DNA from: an uncultured Spirochaetota bacterium
GTDB taxonomy: Bacteria; Spirochaetota; Spirochaetia; SZUA-6; Fen-1364
Length of the DNA stretch: 64,000 nucleotides
Reading direction: 5' to 3'
Assembly: GCA_963781885.1 (NCBI GenBank)
Contig: CAWAHW010000007.1
Location: 558,625 to 622,624, forward strand
Shown here: positions 29,526 through 40,513 of the stretch, in pieces
Layout of the letters: each line of letters opens with the position of its first letter
Position numbering within the stretch: the first letter of the stretch is position 1
Made by a program: the position numbers and the translations under genes
Notes under the pieces: model-generated
The model's input: the letters and a program-made list of their open reading frames with translations, nothing else
Databases searched by the model: none
What the model was told of the DNA's origin: nothing

Positions 29526-31028
29526 ATGGGGTTTTCATTCCGTCTGGCGGAGAGGTATTTTCTCAACGTGAACACCACTACGCGAAAGGCTCCACGGAAA
29601 ACATCCGGACGAAAGGCTCCGCGACAGGTCGCCGCCCATCCCGCCGGAACGATCCACCGCTCCATCGAGCTGCTGCGGACGGCGCTCGTTGATCTGGGCG
29701 CCCCGCTGCCGTTTTCGGATGTGGAACGCGTGGCGATCATGATCAATGAAGCCATGAGCGTCCAGGCGCGCAGCTTCCATACCCCGGCGCACGTCTTCGA
29801 CCTCGTCGATCCCGGCAATCCCCGCATGACGCTCGCCGCGCTCTTTCACGACCTCGTTTACTACCAGGTGGACCACGGATTCACGCCGCCGATCGCCGCG
29901 TCGGTCGAGTCGGGCATCGAACGGCGCGACGGTGCGCTCTTCGTCCGTTCGGAGGTCGCGCCGGGCGACCGCCAGCTTTCGCTCGCGCTCATCGTCTTCG
30001 GGCTTGCGCCGGGCAGCAAGCTCGACCCCTACGGCGGGATGAACGAGTTCCTGAGCGCGCTCGTCATGATGCGCAGTCTCGGGGCAGCCGTGCGGGAGCC
30101 TGACCTTGCGCTCACCGCCGGCTGCATCGAGCAGACCATCCCCTTTCGCGGGCTCGATGCGCGCGGCAGGAGCCCGGCGGAGCTTCTCGAGGAGCGCCTG
30201 GAGGAAGCGGACAAGGCGCTCGGGCTGGGCCTCACGACGGAAAGGCTGCGGGAGGGCGCGCGCTGGGCCGTCGGCTTTGCCAACCGCGACGTTGCGAACT
30301 TCGCGGAGGAGGATGTCGGGCACTTTCTCGACAATACGTGGAAGCTCCTGCCGGAAACCAACCCGGCGCTCCGCACGCAGGGAATCTACTCCATCCACAG
30401 CTACCGGGCGGCTCTCCAGGGCATGGAGGGATTCCTCCGGGCTCTCGATCCGCGAACAATCTTCGCCCGCCACCGGGGCGTTCCCTCGGCGGCGGAATAC
30501 GCCCAAATGGAGCGACGGGCGCGCCGGAACGTCACCGCCGCGCGTGAATACCTGGGCATGAAGCTCCTGGCAGCGGCAGTTCTCGAGGCTTTTGCCGAGG
30601 CGAGCGGCGGCGATGCGCCGATTTCATACTTCATGGGCGAGCTCGACGTGAAGGAGAAGGGCGGCAGGCTGGAAGACTATCTGCCGCGCCGGCTTTCGCG
30701 GGCCACGGCCGTGTCGTCAGCGCGTCAGCCCCTTGACCCGACGCTCTACAAGCTCCTGGCCAAGGGACGGGCAAGCGCATCACGCTTCGATCTCCAGAAC
30801 TCGCCGCTCGCGCTTTTCATTGGGGAGAATGTCGGGGCGGACGGTGTTGCGGCGCTCCTTGCCGCGGCCCGTCGGATGTTCGCCGGGGACATTGCTCCGC
30901 GCGCCTTCCTCGAGAAACTTCCCGGCCGCGTTGCCGCCGCCGTCGCAGAGGCGTGCGCCGCCATGGCCTTCGCCCGCCGCGACCCGCTCCTGGCGTACGC
31001 GCAGGAGCGCCGCCGGGAAGGGGAGTAG
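29526..31028 (+). CDS. Hypothetical protein with HD-superfamily-like motifs (start may be GTG at 29568)
   Basis: RSFHTPAH..AALFHDLVYYQ..NRDV; long ORF. Confidence 0.65.
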   Translation: MGFSFRLAERYFLNVNTTTRKAPRKTSGRKAPRQVAAHPAGTIHRSIELLRTALVDLGAPLPFSDVERVAIMINEAMSVQARSFHTPAHVFDLVDPGNPRMTLAALFHDLVYYQVDHGFTPPIAASVESGIERRDGALFVRSEVAPGDRQLSLALIVFGLAPGSKLDPYGGMNEFLSALVMMRSLGAAVREPDLALTAGCIEQTIPFRGLDARGRSPAELLEERLEEADKALGLGLTTERLREGARWAVGFANRDVANFAEEDVGHFLDNTWKLLPETNPALRTQGIYSIHSYRAALQGMEGFLRALDPRTIFARHRGVPSAAEYAQMERRARRNVTAAREYLGMKLLAAAVLEAFAEASGGDAPISYFMGELDVKEKGGRLEDYLPRRLSRATAVSSARQPLDPTLYKLLAKGRASASRFDLQNSPLALFIGENVGADGVAALLAAARRMFAGDIAPRAFLEKLPGRVAAAVAEACAAMAFARRDPLLAYAQERRREGE

Positions 31029-31046
31029 CGCGGGCGGGCCCGTCGC

Positions 31047-32237
31047 CTATCCCCGGTCGATTTCCTGCACGAGCGCGCCGGCGAGCTCCCATGTGCGGGA
31101 GAGCACCTCCGGGTCGATCTTGTCGAATGTGTCCTGCTTCTGGTGCCAGAATGGGGCCACCTTGTCCCGGCCCAGCCCCATGAGCGTGATGGCGGCAACC
31201 TTGGCCCGCACGGCATCCGCGAGCTCGGTATTTCCTCCGCTGATCTTCGACGGATAGGCCTTCCACTCCGGGTGATCCGCGGCCAGCTTTTCGATCATGC
31301 GCGTGAGCCCGGGATCGCTCCTGAATGGAACGATGATCCCTTCCCGCGTCAGCCAGGAAGGGCCCGCGCAGCCGAGCATCTCGAAGACCATCGCGCGCGG
31401 CTCCTTCATCTCCGCCCTGTGTCGCCGATAGAAATCGATCATGCCATAGTGCTGGACCTCTTCGCACCCCGTCACGACGGCGAAGACCCGCGTATGCTCC
31501 AGGGGGTGCGCCGCGAGCTGTCCCGCGAGGGTGAGCACGAGGCCGACCGCGGTGGCGTTGTCGTTCGCGCCGGCCGTGAAGGGCGTGCTTTCCGCCTGGA
31601 TGCACAGCGCAGCCAGCAGGACGGCGCAGACCGCGGTGGGAATGCTCGCGTACCATGCCCAGGGCCAGGCGAAGGGAATGGCCAGAAGGTACAGGACGGC
31701 CTGCCAGAAGAAGGTGACGATTGCCACCGTCGTGAACTTGTCGTACGCCTTCACCCAGCCGGGCGTGCGGAAGATCAGGGGCGTTCTTTGCGTGTCGACG
31801 TGCCCGACGAGCAGGAGATCGCGCAGGTGCTCGCCGCGGGGAGGGATGAGCGCGTGGACATTCTGGCTTTCCGCCTTGGGCATCAGAAGCCGGAGAATGT
31901 TGCCGCGAAAACCGAGCTCCTGCAGCTCGGAGACGATGACAAGGACGGACAGCAGGAAAGCAAGAGCGGCGGTGACGAACCCGTGCAGCGGAAAGACGGC
32001 AAAGGCGATGATCATGCCGATGCTGCCCAGGAGATGGGGATGGAAGATGGACCGCGCGCTGCGGAAGCCCTCGGTGAGCGGCTGCAGACCGATCCGTGCA
32101 AGGGCGGCGCGCGCGTATTCGGAGCCGCGTCGCTCACCGTCGCGCGTGGGCCCCCGCGGACCTATCCCCTCCGCGAGCGCGCGGATGTGTCCCCGCCATT
32201 CTACGACCTTCGGATTCTGCGAAGCGGGTTGCGCCAT
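31047..32237 (-). CDS. M28 family membrane-associated metallopeptidase
   Basis: GHVDT, GANDNATAV, GCEE, WHQKQDT motifs; internal TM helices. Confidence 0.88.
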   Translation of the reverse strand: MAQPASQNPKVVEWRGHIRALAEGIGPRGPTRDGERRGSEYARAALARIGLQPLTEGFRSARSIFHPHLLGSIGMIIAFAVFPLHGFVTAALAFLLSVLVIVSELQELGFRGNILRLLMPKAESQNVHALIPPRGEHLRDLLLVGHVDTQRTPLIFRTPGWVKAYDKFTTVAIVTFFWQAVLYLLAIPFAWPWAWYASIPTAVCAVLLAALCIQAESTPFTAGANDNATAVGLVLTLAGQLAAHPLEHTRVFAVVTGCEEVQHYGMIDFYRRHRAEMKEPRAMVFEMLGCAGPSWLTREGIIVPFRSDPGLTRMIEKLAADHPEWKAYPSKISGGNTELADAVRAKVAAITLMGLGRDKVAPFWHQKQDTFDKIDPEVLSRTWELAGALVQEIDRG

Positions 32238-32444
32238 GGTGTCCCCCTGATGGGGATTGTACCCCCATTACCGGCTGAAGTGAACGGCCGCGGGGGCCGC
32301 GCGATGCACAGGCATGGGAGGCCGCTGCGATGCAGCCGAAGATCCGCGGCCCCGGGTGCTGCACCCCGAGCGGTATGCCGACGGAGGACCCTGGAAGGAC
32401 CTGCGCGGGACAAAGTGGTCGGGCTGACCGACAGCGCCTCCTTC

Positions 32445-33719
32445 TCAGGGCATCAGGAGCAGGAGCGGCTTCGTGACAAGCTCCATAAAACGCGCAAGGA
32501 ACTTGCAGGCATAGACGCCGTCGATCAGCCGATGGTCCACGACGAGGGAGAGCGGCAGCAGCGACGCAGGAACAACTGCGTCGTCCCTGACCACGGGCTC
32601 CTGGTGGATGCGCCCAATGCCCAGGATGCCGACTTGCGGGGGAAGGATCATCGGGTTGCCGTAGACACCGGAAAAGGAGCCGAAGTTGGAGATCGTGAAG
32701 CTGCCGCCGCGAATCTCGTCGAGCTGCAGCGTGCGGGCGCGGGCCCGCTCCGTGAGGCGCACGATCTCGGCGTGAATCTTCGGCACGGAGAGCGCCCCCG
32801 CGTCCTTCACCACGGGCACGACGAGCCCTTCCTCCGTATCCACCGCCACGCCGATCTGCGGCGAAGGGAACGATCGGTACTCCTTGCGCTCCGGTGAATA
32901 CGTGGAGCTCAGCAGCGGATAATCCTGCAGCGAAAGGGCCGCTGCCTTCACGAAGAAGGCCAGAAGGCCCACCTTCTCCTTTGCCGATTCGTTCATGTCG
33001 TGTCGGAGCCGCAGCAGGTCATCGGCGATAGTGTAGTCGTGCACCGCGGCGGCCGGGATGGCCTGACTCTTCTCCATGGCCGCGGCAATGGCCAGCCGCA
33101 TCGTGGAGAGCTTCTTCGTGGAGCCGCCATTCGCGTCGACGGGAGCGAACGGTCCGGCGACATGCGCGGCGTTTTTCACCTCCGGGGCGGCGAGATCCGC
33201 CTTCAGTATCCTGCCCCCCGGTCCGGTGCCCGTCACGCGCGAAAGGTCGATGCCCGACTCCGCTGCAAGCTTGCGGGCAACGGGCGATGCACGCACCTTC
33301 CCGCGCGCGGCCCCGTTGCTGGATGGCGCGGGGGAAAGCGCGCGGCTCTCCGAGCTGGGCGGCAGGACCATGCCGCCTCCCGTGTCGAGCCTGCCCACCA
33401 CCGTCCCCGACTCCTCAAAGGCGGGTGCAACGACCGCGCGAGGTGCCATGGCCGGGGCAGGGGAGGCGCTGGTCCTGATGCGTGCCACCACTTCGCCCAC
33501 CTTCACGACCTGGCCCTGCGCGATCCTGATCTCGGCGATGACACCGTCCACGGGCGACGGCATCTCGGTCACCACCTTGTCGGTCTCCACGATTGCAAGG
33601 GCGTCACCCGGCTTCACGTGCTGGCCGGCGGCGACCTTCAGCTCGACGATCGTCCCTTCCGTAAGACCTTCACCGATGTCGGGGAACCGGAAATCGTACA
33701 AACCGTCGTCACGGCTCAT
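32445..33719 (-). CDS. Dihydrolipoamide acyltransferase (E2)
   Basis: Lipoyl ETDKV, E3-binding ASPVARKLA..GPGGRI, catalytic DHRLIDG. Confidence 0.95.
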   Translation of the reverse strand: MSRDDGLYDFRFPDIGEGLTEGTIVELKVAAGQHVKPGDALAIVETDKVVTEMPSPVDGVIAEIRIAQGQVVKVGEVVARIRTSASPAPAMAPRAVVAPAFEESGTVVGRLDTGGGMVLPPSSESRALSPAPSSNGAARGKVRASPVARKLAAESGIDLSRVTGTGPGGRILKADLAAPEVKNAAHVAGPFAPVDANGGSTKKLSTMRLAIAAAMEKSQAIPAAAVHDYTIADDLLRLRHDMNESAKEKVGLLAFFVKAAALSLQDYPLLSSTYSPERKEYRSFPSPQIGVAVDTEEGLVVPVVKDAGALSVPKIHAEIVRLTERARARTLQLDEIRGGSFTISNFGSFSGVYGNPMILPPQVGILGIGRIHQEPVVRDDAVVPASLLPLSLVVDHRLIDGVYACKFLARFMELVTKPLLLLMP

Positions 33720-34692
33720 AGCTCAGCACCTTTCGCGCCTCCGCGAGCACGTGCTCGGCGGTGAGGAGGTAATGCCGCTCGCCGCGCGGCATGGGGTAGA
33801 TGACGTCGGGTCCGGTGAGACGGGCCGGCGGCGCCTCCAGCCGGTCGAAGGCCCTTTCCATGATCGTGGCCATGAGCTCCGCCGCGACGCCGAATGTCTG
33901 CGGACCTTCGTGCACGGCGAGCACCCGTCCCGTCTTGCGCACCGAGTCCACGACCGTGCGTGCGTCGAAGGGATAGATCGTCCGCAGGTCGATGAGCTCC
34001 ACCGAGCGGCCCTCCGCGGCGAGGGCCGCTCGCGCAAGACGCGCCTCGATCATCTGCGCCCCATAGGAGATGAGGGTGAGCTCGTCGCCTTCCGCCTCGA
34101 TGCGGGCGGTGCCGATCTCCACGGTATACCCGTCCTCGGGCACCTCCTGCCGCACGGCGCGGTAGGCGCGCGCGGGCTCCAGGAATATCACGGGGTCCGG
34201 GTCCCTGATGGCGGCGATGAGAAGCCCCTTGGCGTCGTGCGGGGTGGAAGGGATCACCACCTTCAGGCCGGGGATGTGGCCGAAGAGCGCCTCGACGCTC
34301 TCCGAGTGATGCTCGGGCGCCCGGATGCCGCCCCCGTACGGCATGCGGATGACCATGGGCGCGGCCAGCGCCCCCCGCGACCTGTTCCTCATGCGCGCGA
34401 CGTGACTCACGATCTGGTTGAACGCGGGGAAAGCGAAACCAGAGAACTGTATCTCCACGACCGGCTTCAGACCCGCCACCGCCATGCCCACGGCTGCCCC
34501 GACAATGCCGGACTCCGAGATGGGCGTGTCGAAGCACCGCGTTTCCCCGAAGTCGCGCTGCAGACCCGTGGTGGCGCGGAACACGCCTCCCTCCAGGCCC
34601 ACGTCCTCGCCGAAGACGATGACCGACTTGTCGGAGGTCATCTCCACGCGGAGGGCGTCGGTGACGGCTTCGATCAGCGTGAGGACCTTCAT
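33709..34692 (-). CDS. pdhB: 2-oxoacid dehydrogenase E1 beta subunit
   Basis: GEDVG..GGVFRAT, DTPISE, EIQF, EHHSES, IDLRT. Confidence 0.93.
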   Translation of the reverse strand: MKVLTLIEAVTDALRVEMTSDKSVIVFGEDVGLEGGVFRATTGLQRDFGETRCFDTPISESGIVGAAVGMAVAGLKPVVEIQFSGFAFPAFNQIVSHVARMRNRSRGALAAPMVIRMPYGGGIRAPEHHSESVEALFGHIPGLKVVIPSTPHDAKGLLIAAIRDPDPVIFLEPARAYRAVRQEVPEDGYTVEIGTARIEAEGDELTLISYGAQMIEARLARAALAAEGRSVELIDLRTIYPFDARTVVDSVRKTGRVLAVHEGPQTFGVAAELMATIMERAFDRLEAPPARLTGPDVIYPMPRGERHYLLTAEHVLAEARKVLSYEP

Positions 34693-35792
34693 GCCTGCCT
34701 CCGCGCAAGCTGGGCGGCCATGATCTCAGGCATGTCGCTGTAGAGATAGCGGAAGGTGTCGTCCAGCAGCGTGTCCTCCCTCTGCTCCACCTCGTCGTAG
34801 GCAGCCTGTGCGCATTCGAGGGCTTTCTGCCGGATGCTCACCGTCTGCTCCTGCGTGAGGAGTCCCTTGTGGAGGAGGTAGCGCTCCAGCCGGGGGAGTG
34901 GGTCCCGCGCCTCCCACTCCTTCACCTCGGCATCCGCCCTGTACCGCGTGGGATCGTCGGAGGTCGTGTGCGCGCCCAGCCGGTAGGTGAGGCCCTCGAT
35001 CAGCGTCGGGCCTGCTCCGGACCGGGCCCGGTCGGCTGCCAGGCGCACCGCGGCATAAACGGCGAAGATATCGTTGCCGTCCACACGGATGCCCGGGAAG
35101 CCATAGGCGAAGGCCTTTTCCGCGAGTGTCGCGCTCGCGCTCTGCTTGGACCAGGGCAGGGAGATGGACCAGTTGTTGTTCTGCGCATAGAAGACCACGC
35201 CGGATTTCCAGACGCCGGCGAGATTGCAGGCCTCGTGGAAGTCGCCTTCCGAGCTTGCCCCTTCTCCCATGAAGGTGAGGGCGATCCTGTCGCTGCCGGT
35301 ATAGCGCTCCGCCCACGCCAACCCCACCGCGTGGACCATCTGACTTCCCACGGGCACCGATATCGGCAGCATGTGCATGGCGTCCAGGGGCATGTGATTG
35401 GCCCATTCGTTGCCGTACCAGTAGAGGTAGTACTGCGTGAGGCTGATGCCCCGTACAAGCATGCCGCCCAGCTCGCGGAAGGCCGGCACGAACCAGTCAT
35501 CGGACCGCACGGCCATGAGGGCGCCGATCGAATTGGCCTCCTGACCCTTGTTCAGGACATAGGTCGGCATCCGTCCCTGCCGGTTCAGGCTCACGGCCCA
35601 TTCGTCCACCTGCCGGGCCGTCACCATCGTGCGATATGCCTCGAGGGCGCCGTCGTCCGGCAGGAGCGGCATGCCGTCCGGGACGGGCGCAAGCCTCCCT
35701 GCCTCATCCAGGAGGCGCAGGAGCTTGCCTTCCCGGGGGTCGTATCTTTCGAACATCAGGGCCTCCGACTTTGCGGCCACCGTATCTCGCAC
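34689..35792 (-). CDS. pdhA: 2-oxoacid dehydrogenase E1 alpha subunit
   Basis: RQGR, GQEA, GEGASSEGDFHE..NN TPP motif, YRLGAHTTSDDPTRYR. Confidence 0.9.
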   Translation of the reverse strand: MRDTVAAKSEALMFERYDPREGKLLRLLDEAGRLAPVPDGMPLLPDDGALEAYRTMVTARQVDEWAVSLNRQGRMPTYVLNKGQEANSIGALMAVRSDDWFVPAFRELGGMLVRGISLTQYYLYWYGNEWANHMPLDAMHMLPISVPVGSQMVHAVGLAWAERYTGSDRIALTFMGEGASSEGDFHEACNLAGVWKSGVVFYAQNNNWSISLPWSKQSASATLAEKAFAYGFPGIRVDGNDIFAVYAAVRLAADRARSGAGPTLIEGLTYRLGAHTTSDDPTRYRADAEVKEWEARDPLPRLERYLLHKGLLTQEQTVSIRQKALECAQAAYDEVEQREDTLLDDTFRYLYSDMPEIMAAQLARRQA

Positions 35793-35822
35793 GGTATTCC
35801 GTGCGGTTAGGTGGCATTCGTG

Positions 35823-36254
35823 CTACGCGCCCGGCAGGGAAACCAGAAGGGCGTGCCAGGCAAGCGTTGCGCACTTGACCCGGACCGGGAAGCTCGTGAG
35901 GCCCTTGAAGGCCGCGAGGTCCCCCATGTCGTCAAGGACGGTCGCGGGGATCTCGCCCCGCAGCGCCTTGATGAAGCTCTCGGCGCGTTGCCGCGCATCC
36001 GTGACAGAAAGCCCTCTCACCGATTCGGTCATGAGAGAGGCGGAGGCGGTGCTGATGGCGCAGCCCTTGCCGTCGAAGCGCACGGTATCGAGACGGCCGT
36101 CGTCCCCCACCACGACCTCGAGCTTGATCGAGTCGCCGCAAGTGGGATTTTCGTGCACCATGGACTGCGGGACATGATCGAGATGCGCCTGGCCGCGCGG
36201 CGAGCGATAGTGATCCATGATGATTTCCTGGTAGAGCTCTTCGAAGGCATTCAT
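35823..36254 (-). CDS. sufU: SUF system NifU-like sulfur-transfer protein
   Basis: LYQEIIMDHY, NPTCGD, GCAISTASAS, RVKCATLAW. Confidence 0.95.
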   Translation of the reverse strand: MNAFEELYQEIIMDHYRSPRGQAHLDHVPQSMVHENPTCGDSIKLEVVVGDDGRLDTVRFDGKGCAISTASASLMTESVRGLSVTDARQRAESFIKALRGEIPATVLDDMGDLAAFKGLTSFPVRVKCATLAWHALLVSLPGA

Positions 36255-36285
36255 GCCCGCACCTGCGCGCCTCGTTGCCGCGCGC

Positions 36286-37542
36286 TCATCCGTAGAACCT
36301 CGCGGCGCCCTCGAGGGCTTCCGCCAACCGATCGATCTCCGCGAAGGTGTTGTAGAAGGAGAGGCTGGCGCGCGCCGTGGCTGGCACCCCGAGCCGCTTC
36401 ATGAGCGGCTGGGCGCAGTGATGACCCGCCCGCACGGCGATGCCCTCCCGGTCCAGGAACTGGGCGACGTCGTGCGCGTGGATTGCGCCGAGCGTGAAGG
36501 AGAACACGGCGCCCCGCACGGGGGCGCTGCCGTAGACCGTGACGTCGGGCGTGGCGCGGAGCTTTTCGGCGGCATACGCGGCAAGGTCGTGCTCCCACGC
36601 GGCGATTGCGGGAAGGCCGAGTGCATGGAGGTAGTCGATGGCGGCGCTCAGCCCGACCGCACCTTCCACGTTCGGTGTGCCGGCTTCGAACTTCCAGGGA
36701 AGATCGTTCCAGGTGGAGCCTTCCAGGTGCACGGACCGTATCATCTCGCCGCCGCCCATCCACGGGGGCATCGCTTCCAGAATCTCTTCCTTCCCGTACA
36801 GCGCGCCTATGCCCATGGGGCCGTACATCTTGTGTCCCGAGAAGCAGTAGAAGTCGCAGTCGAGGTCCTGCACGTCGATGCGCATGTGCGGCACCGCCTG
36901 CGCCCCGTCCACGAGGATGAGCGCGCCGCGGTCGTGCGCGATCCGCGCAAGGGCCTTCACGTCGTTGATGGTGCCCAGCACATTGGAAACATGGGTGACG
37001 GCCACCAGGCGCGTGCGCGGATCCCAGGCGGCCGCGGCGCGCTCCAGGTCCAGGCTGCCGTCATCCTCCACGGGAAGGAAAGAGAGCTTCGCGCCGCGCC
37101 GGGCGCAGGCGAGCTGCCACGGGACGAGATTGCTGTGGTGCTCCATCACCGTGCAGAGGACCACGTCGCCGCTCTTCAGGCTGCTGTCCGCCCAGCTCGA
37201 CGCGACCAGGTTGATGGCCTCGGTTGTCCCCCGGGTGAAGACGATCTCGGCGCGCGCGCGCGCGTTGAGCAGGCGCTGCACCTTTCCCCGGCCTTCTTCA
37301 AAGGCCGCGGTGGCTTCTTCTCCCAGGGTGTGGAGCGCGCGGTGCACGTTCGCGTTGTTGTGCTCGTAGTAGACGCGCATGGCATCCAGCACGACGCGCG
37401 GCTTCTGCGACGTGGCGGCGTTGTCCAGGTAGGCGAGGGGGTGGCCGTTGACGTGCCGGTCCAGGATGGGGAAATCCCCGCGCACGTCATCGACGTTCCG
37501 GGAGCCGATCAGCTGGGTTTTGGCGTGCGCAAAGCGATCCAT
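36286..37542 (-). CDS. sufS: Cysteine desulfurase SufS
   Basis: YLDNAATSQKP, EHHSN, SGHKM, EAGTP, RAGHHCAQP. Confidence 0.96.
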   Translation of the reverse strand: MDRFAHAKTQLIGSRNVDDVRGDFPILDRHVNGHPLAYLDNAATSQKPRVVLDAMRVYYEHNNANVHRALHTLGEEATAAFEEGRGKVQRLLNARARAEIVFTRGTTEAINLVASSWADSSLKSGDVVLCTVMEHHSNLVPWQLACARRGAKLSFLPVEDDGSLDLERAAAAWDPRTRLVAVTHVSNVLGTINDVKALARIAHDRGALILVDGAQAVPHMRIDVQDLDCDFYCFSGHKMYGPMGIGALYGKEEILEAMPPWMGGGEMIRSVHLEGSTWNDLPWKFEAGTPNVEGAVGLSAAIDYLHALGLPAIAAWEHDLAAYAAEKLRATPDVTVYGSAPVRGAVFSFTLGAIHAHDVAQFLDREGIAVRAGHHCAQPLMKRLGVPATARASLSFYNTFAEIDRLAEALEGAARFYG

Positions 37543-37829
37543 ATTTCTCCGTTTTCCACTTTTACGTCCCACGTCCCGACCGGGAGTGTCGCGGGCAACC
37601 CCGTGACCTTTCCCGTGCGAAGGTTGAACCGGGATCCGTGCTTCTGACAATATACTTCTCCCGCCCAGACATCGCCCTCAGAAAGACGTGAATATTCGTG
37701 CGAGCAGATATCGTCGAGGGCAAAAACGCCCTCGTCCGTGCGAAAAAGTGCCACGAGCCGCTCTCCGACCGTGACGCCGAGGGTCGTGACCAGCTCCTTT
37801 TCCATCGCCACGCGTATCCAGCCGTCCAT
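37509..37829 (-). CDS. Rieske-type [2Fe-2S] ferredoxin
   Basis: CSH...CQKHGSRF motifs. Confidence 0.9.
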   Translation of the reverse strand: MDGWIRVAMEKELVTTLGVTVGERLVALFRTDEGVFALDDICSHEYSRLSEGDVWAGEVYCQKHGSRFNLRTGKVTGLPATLPVGTWDVKVENGEIWIALRTPKPS

Positions 37830-37835
37830 CTTTTT

Positions 37836-39080
37836 TCAGGCAGCCCTGCGAAAACGGCCGCGGATGGTCGCGAGCGTCTGGTCGCGGTAGCCTTCCGGCG
37901 CCGATCCGAGGAGGTCCTCGAAATAGCCGATCACGAGCATCTCCCGCGCGTCAAGCGTCGACAGGCCCCTGCTTTCGAGGTAGAAAAGCTCCTCGCTGGA
38001 AAGTTTCCCCGTGGTGGAGCCGTGGCTGCACTTCACGTCGTTGTTGCCGATCCGCAGGGTGGGGATGGAGTCGGAGCGCGCCGCCTCCCCGAGGATGAGA
38101 TTCCGGTTTGTGAGGTAGGCGTCGGTTCCCGACGCGCCCTCTGCCACCTCGATGAGCCCCTGGAACACCGAGCGGCCGCCCGCCGCGACGGCGCCCTTGT
38201 AATAGGCCCGGCTGGTTGCCTTGGGTGAGCGATGGTTCTGGACCGTCCGCAGGTCCATATGCTGGCCGGCGCCGCAGTAGTACACGCCGTCCAGCCGCGC
38301 ATCGGCACCTGGCCCGTCGAGCGAGCAATCCACCCGCGTCTTTGCAAGACGCGAACCGAACTCCGCATCGATGTGGTGGAGCGACGCGTCCCGTCCCACC
38401 ACGGCGCGCGCGTGCCGGACGTAGATGTCGCGCGGCCCCAGCTCCTGGACCTCGCAGTAGGTGAGACCCGCCGCGTCCGCGAGCCGCAGGTCGACCGCCG
38501 CGTTGCAGAGCAGCCCTTCACCGTCTTCCGCGCCGCGTGTACGGGTGACCACCGACGCGCGCGCGCCCTGGCCGAGAAACACCGCGACGTGCGGGGCGCT
38601 CTGGAAACCCTTGCCGGTTTCGGCGAAATCGATGAAGAACGGCTCCTTGATTTCAAGACCGGCGGGGATCCAGAGCAGCGCGCCGTGATTGAACGAGGCG
38701 AAGTGCGACACGAGGAAACGGTTGTCCGCTTCCTCGAATGCCTTCTCCCACAACCCGTGCATCGGCGCTTCCATCTCCTCCACCGCGTGATCAAGCGGCA
38801 GGAGCTTCACGCCGCTGTCGCGCAGGGCGGGGGAGAGTGCAAGCTCGGCGCAGCGCGACGACTCGAAACGGATGAATCCCGCGCTCGATCCCGCCTCCGC
38901 GTCCCGCGGGCACGCGGGCTTCGGCTGCGGGCCTGCGGCGAAGGAGTCCAATCCGAGACGGCTCACGTCGGTCCGGCGCCATTCCTCCTCTGACGTTGTC
39001 GGCCACGCCATGGCCTTGAAGCGCTCCTGCGCCTTGTCACGAAGATTTTTCATCCAGACGGGCTCGACGGCGGTCGGCAT
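37836..39080 (-). CDS. sufD: Fe-S assembly protein SufD
   Basis: EEWRRTD, DVKCSHG, LFYLESRG. Confidence 0.93.
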   Translation of the reverse strand: MPTAVEPVWMKNLRDKAQERFKAMAWPTTSEEEWRRTDVSRLGLDSFAAGPQPKPACPRDAEAGSSAGFIRFESSRCAELALSPALRDSGVKLLPLDHAVEEMEAPMHGLWEKAFEEADNRFLVSHFASFNHGALLWIPAGLEIKEPFFIDFAETGKGFQSAPHVAVFLGQGARASVVTRTRGAEDGEGLLCNAAVDLRLADAAGLTYCEVQELGPRDIYVRHARAVVGRDASLHHIDAEFGSRLAKTRVDCSLDGPGADARLDGVYYCGAGQHMDLRTVQNHRSPKATSRAYYKGAVAAGGRSVFQGLIEVAEGASGTDAYLTNRNLILGEAARSDSIPTLRIGNNDVKCSHGSTTGKLSSEELFYLESRGLSTLDAREMLVIGYFEDLLGSAPEGYRDQTLATIRGRFRRAA

Positions 39081-40513
39081 CATCCCACCGTGCCTTCCAT
39101 CTCCAGCTCGATGAGCCGGTTGAGCTCCACCGCGTATTCCATGGGGAGCTGCTTCACGAGGGGATCGAGGAAGCCGCTCACGATCATGAGGGACGCCTCC
39201 TGCTCGCTCATGCCGCGGCTCATGAGGTAGAAGAGCTGCTCCTCGCTGATGCGGCTCACGCGCGCCTCGTGCTCGATCGACACGTCGTCCGAATCGATCT
39301 CCATGTACGGGTAGGTGTTGCTGCGGGACTGCGCGTCAAGGATGAGCGCGTCGCAGACGACCCTCGAGCGCACGTCGTGCAGGCCCTCGTTCACTTTCAA
39401 GAGGCCGCGGTAGGAGGAGATGCCGCCGCCGCGGCTGATGGACTTTGCCGTGACGATGGACGAGGTGTGGCTCGCCGCGTGCACCGCCTTTGCACCAGTG
39501 TCCTGCTCCTGTCCCTTGCCGGAGAAGGCGATGGAGAGAACCTCGCCGTGGGCCCCTTCGCCGACCAGGTAAATCGACGGGTACTTCATCGTGCGCTTGG
39601 CGCCGATATTCCCGTCCACCCATTCGACCACGGCGTCCTTGTGCGCCACGGCGCGCTTGGTGACCAGGTTGTACACATCGTTGGACCAGTTCTGTATGGT
39701 GGTGTAGCGCACCCGCGCGCCCGGTAAGGCGATGATCTCCACCACGGCGCTGTGCAGCGACTCGGTGGCGTAGACGGGCGCCGTGCAGCCCTCGATGTAG
39801 TGCACGAAGCTGCCTTCATCCGCGATGATGAGGGTGCGCTCGAACTGGCCGAAGCTCTTCGCGTTGATGCGGAAGTAGGCCTGCAGCGGCACTTCCACCT
39901 TCACACCCTTGGGCACGTAGACGAAGCTTCCCCCCGACCAGACGGCGCTGTTGAGCGCCGCGAACTTGTTGTCCAGGTAGGGGATGACCGTGCCGAAGTA
40001 CTGGCGCACCAGGTCGGGATGCTCGCGCACCGCTGTCTCGGGGTCTGTGAAGATCACGCCCTGCTTGGAGAGCTCCTCCTTGATGCTGTGGTAGACCATC
40101 TCGGAGTCGTACTGTGCCCCGACACCGGCGAGGAACTTCCTCTCCGCCTCGGGGATGCCGATGCGCTCGAATGTCTCCTTGATGTTCGCCGGCACGTCCT
40201 CCCACGACCGCGACTGCTGCTCCTGCGGCCGCGCGTAGTAGTACAGGTCGTCGAAGTTCAGGTCGGAGAGGTCCGCGCCCCAGTTGGGCATGGCCTTCTT
40301 GCGGAAAGCCGCCAGGGAGCGCAGGCGGAACTGGCGCATCCACTCCGGCTCGTTCTTGCGGGCGGAGATGGCGTTGACGATATCCTCGTTCAGCCCCTTG
40401 CGGGTCTTGAAGACCGACTCGTCAGGAAAATGATACCCGTGCTGGTATTCGCCGACGAGCTCGCTGCCGGGAGCGGGGGACGACGATTCAACGACGGGAG
40501 ACTGCCGACTCAT
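39080..40513 (-). CDS. sufB: Fe-S assembly protein SufB
   Basis: [33 protein letters not shown]. Confidence 0.97.
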   Translation of the reverse strand: MSRQSPVVESSSPAPGSELVGEYQHGYHFPDESVFKTRKGLNEDIVNAISARKNEPEWMRQFRLRSLAAFRKKAMPNWGADLSDLNFDDLYYYARPQEQQSRSWEDVPANIKETFERIGIPEAERKFLAGVGAQYDSEMVYHSIKEELSKQGVIFTDPETAVREHPDLVRQYFGTVIPYLDNKFAALNSAVWSGGSFVYVPKGVKVEVPLQAYFRINAKSFGQFERTLIIADEGSFVHYIEGCTAPVYATESLHSAVVEIIALPGARVRYTTIQNWSNDVYNLVTKRAVAHKDAVVEWVDGNIGAKRTMKYPSIYLVGEGAHGEVLSIAFSGKGQEQDTGAKAVHAASHTSSIVTAKSISRGGGISSYRGLLKVNEGLHDVRSRVVCDALILDAQSRSNTYPYMEIDSDDVSIEHEARVSRISEEQLFYLMSRGMSEQEASLMIVSGFLDPLVKQLPMEYAVELNRLIELEMEGTVG

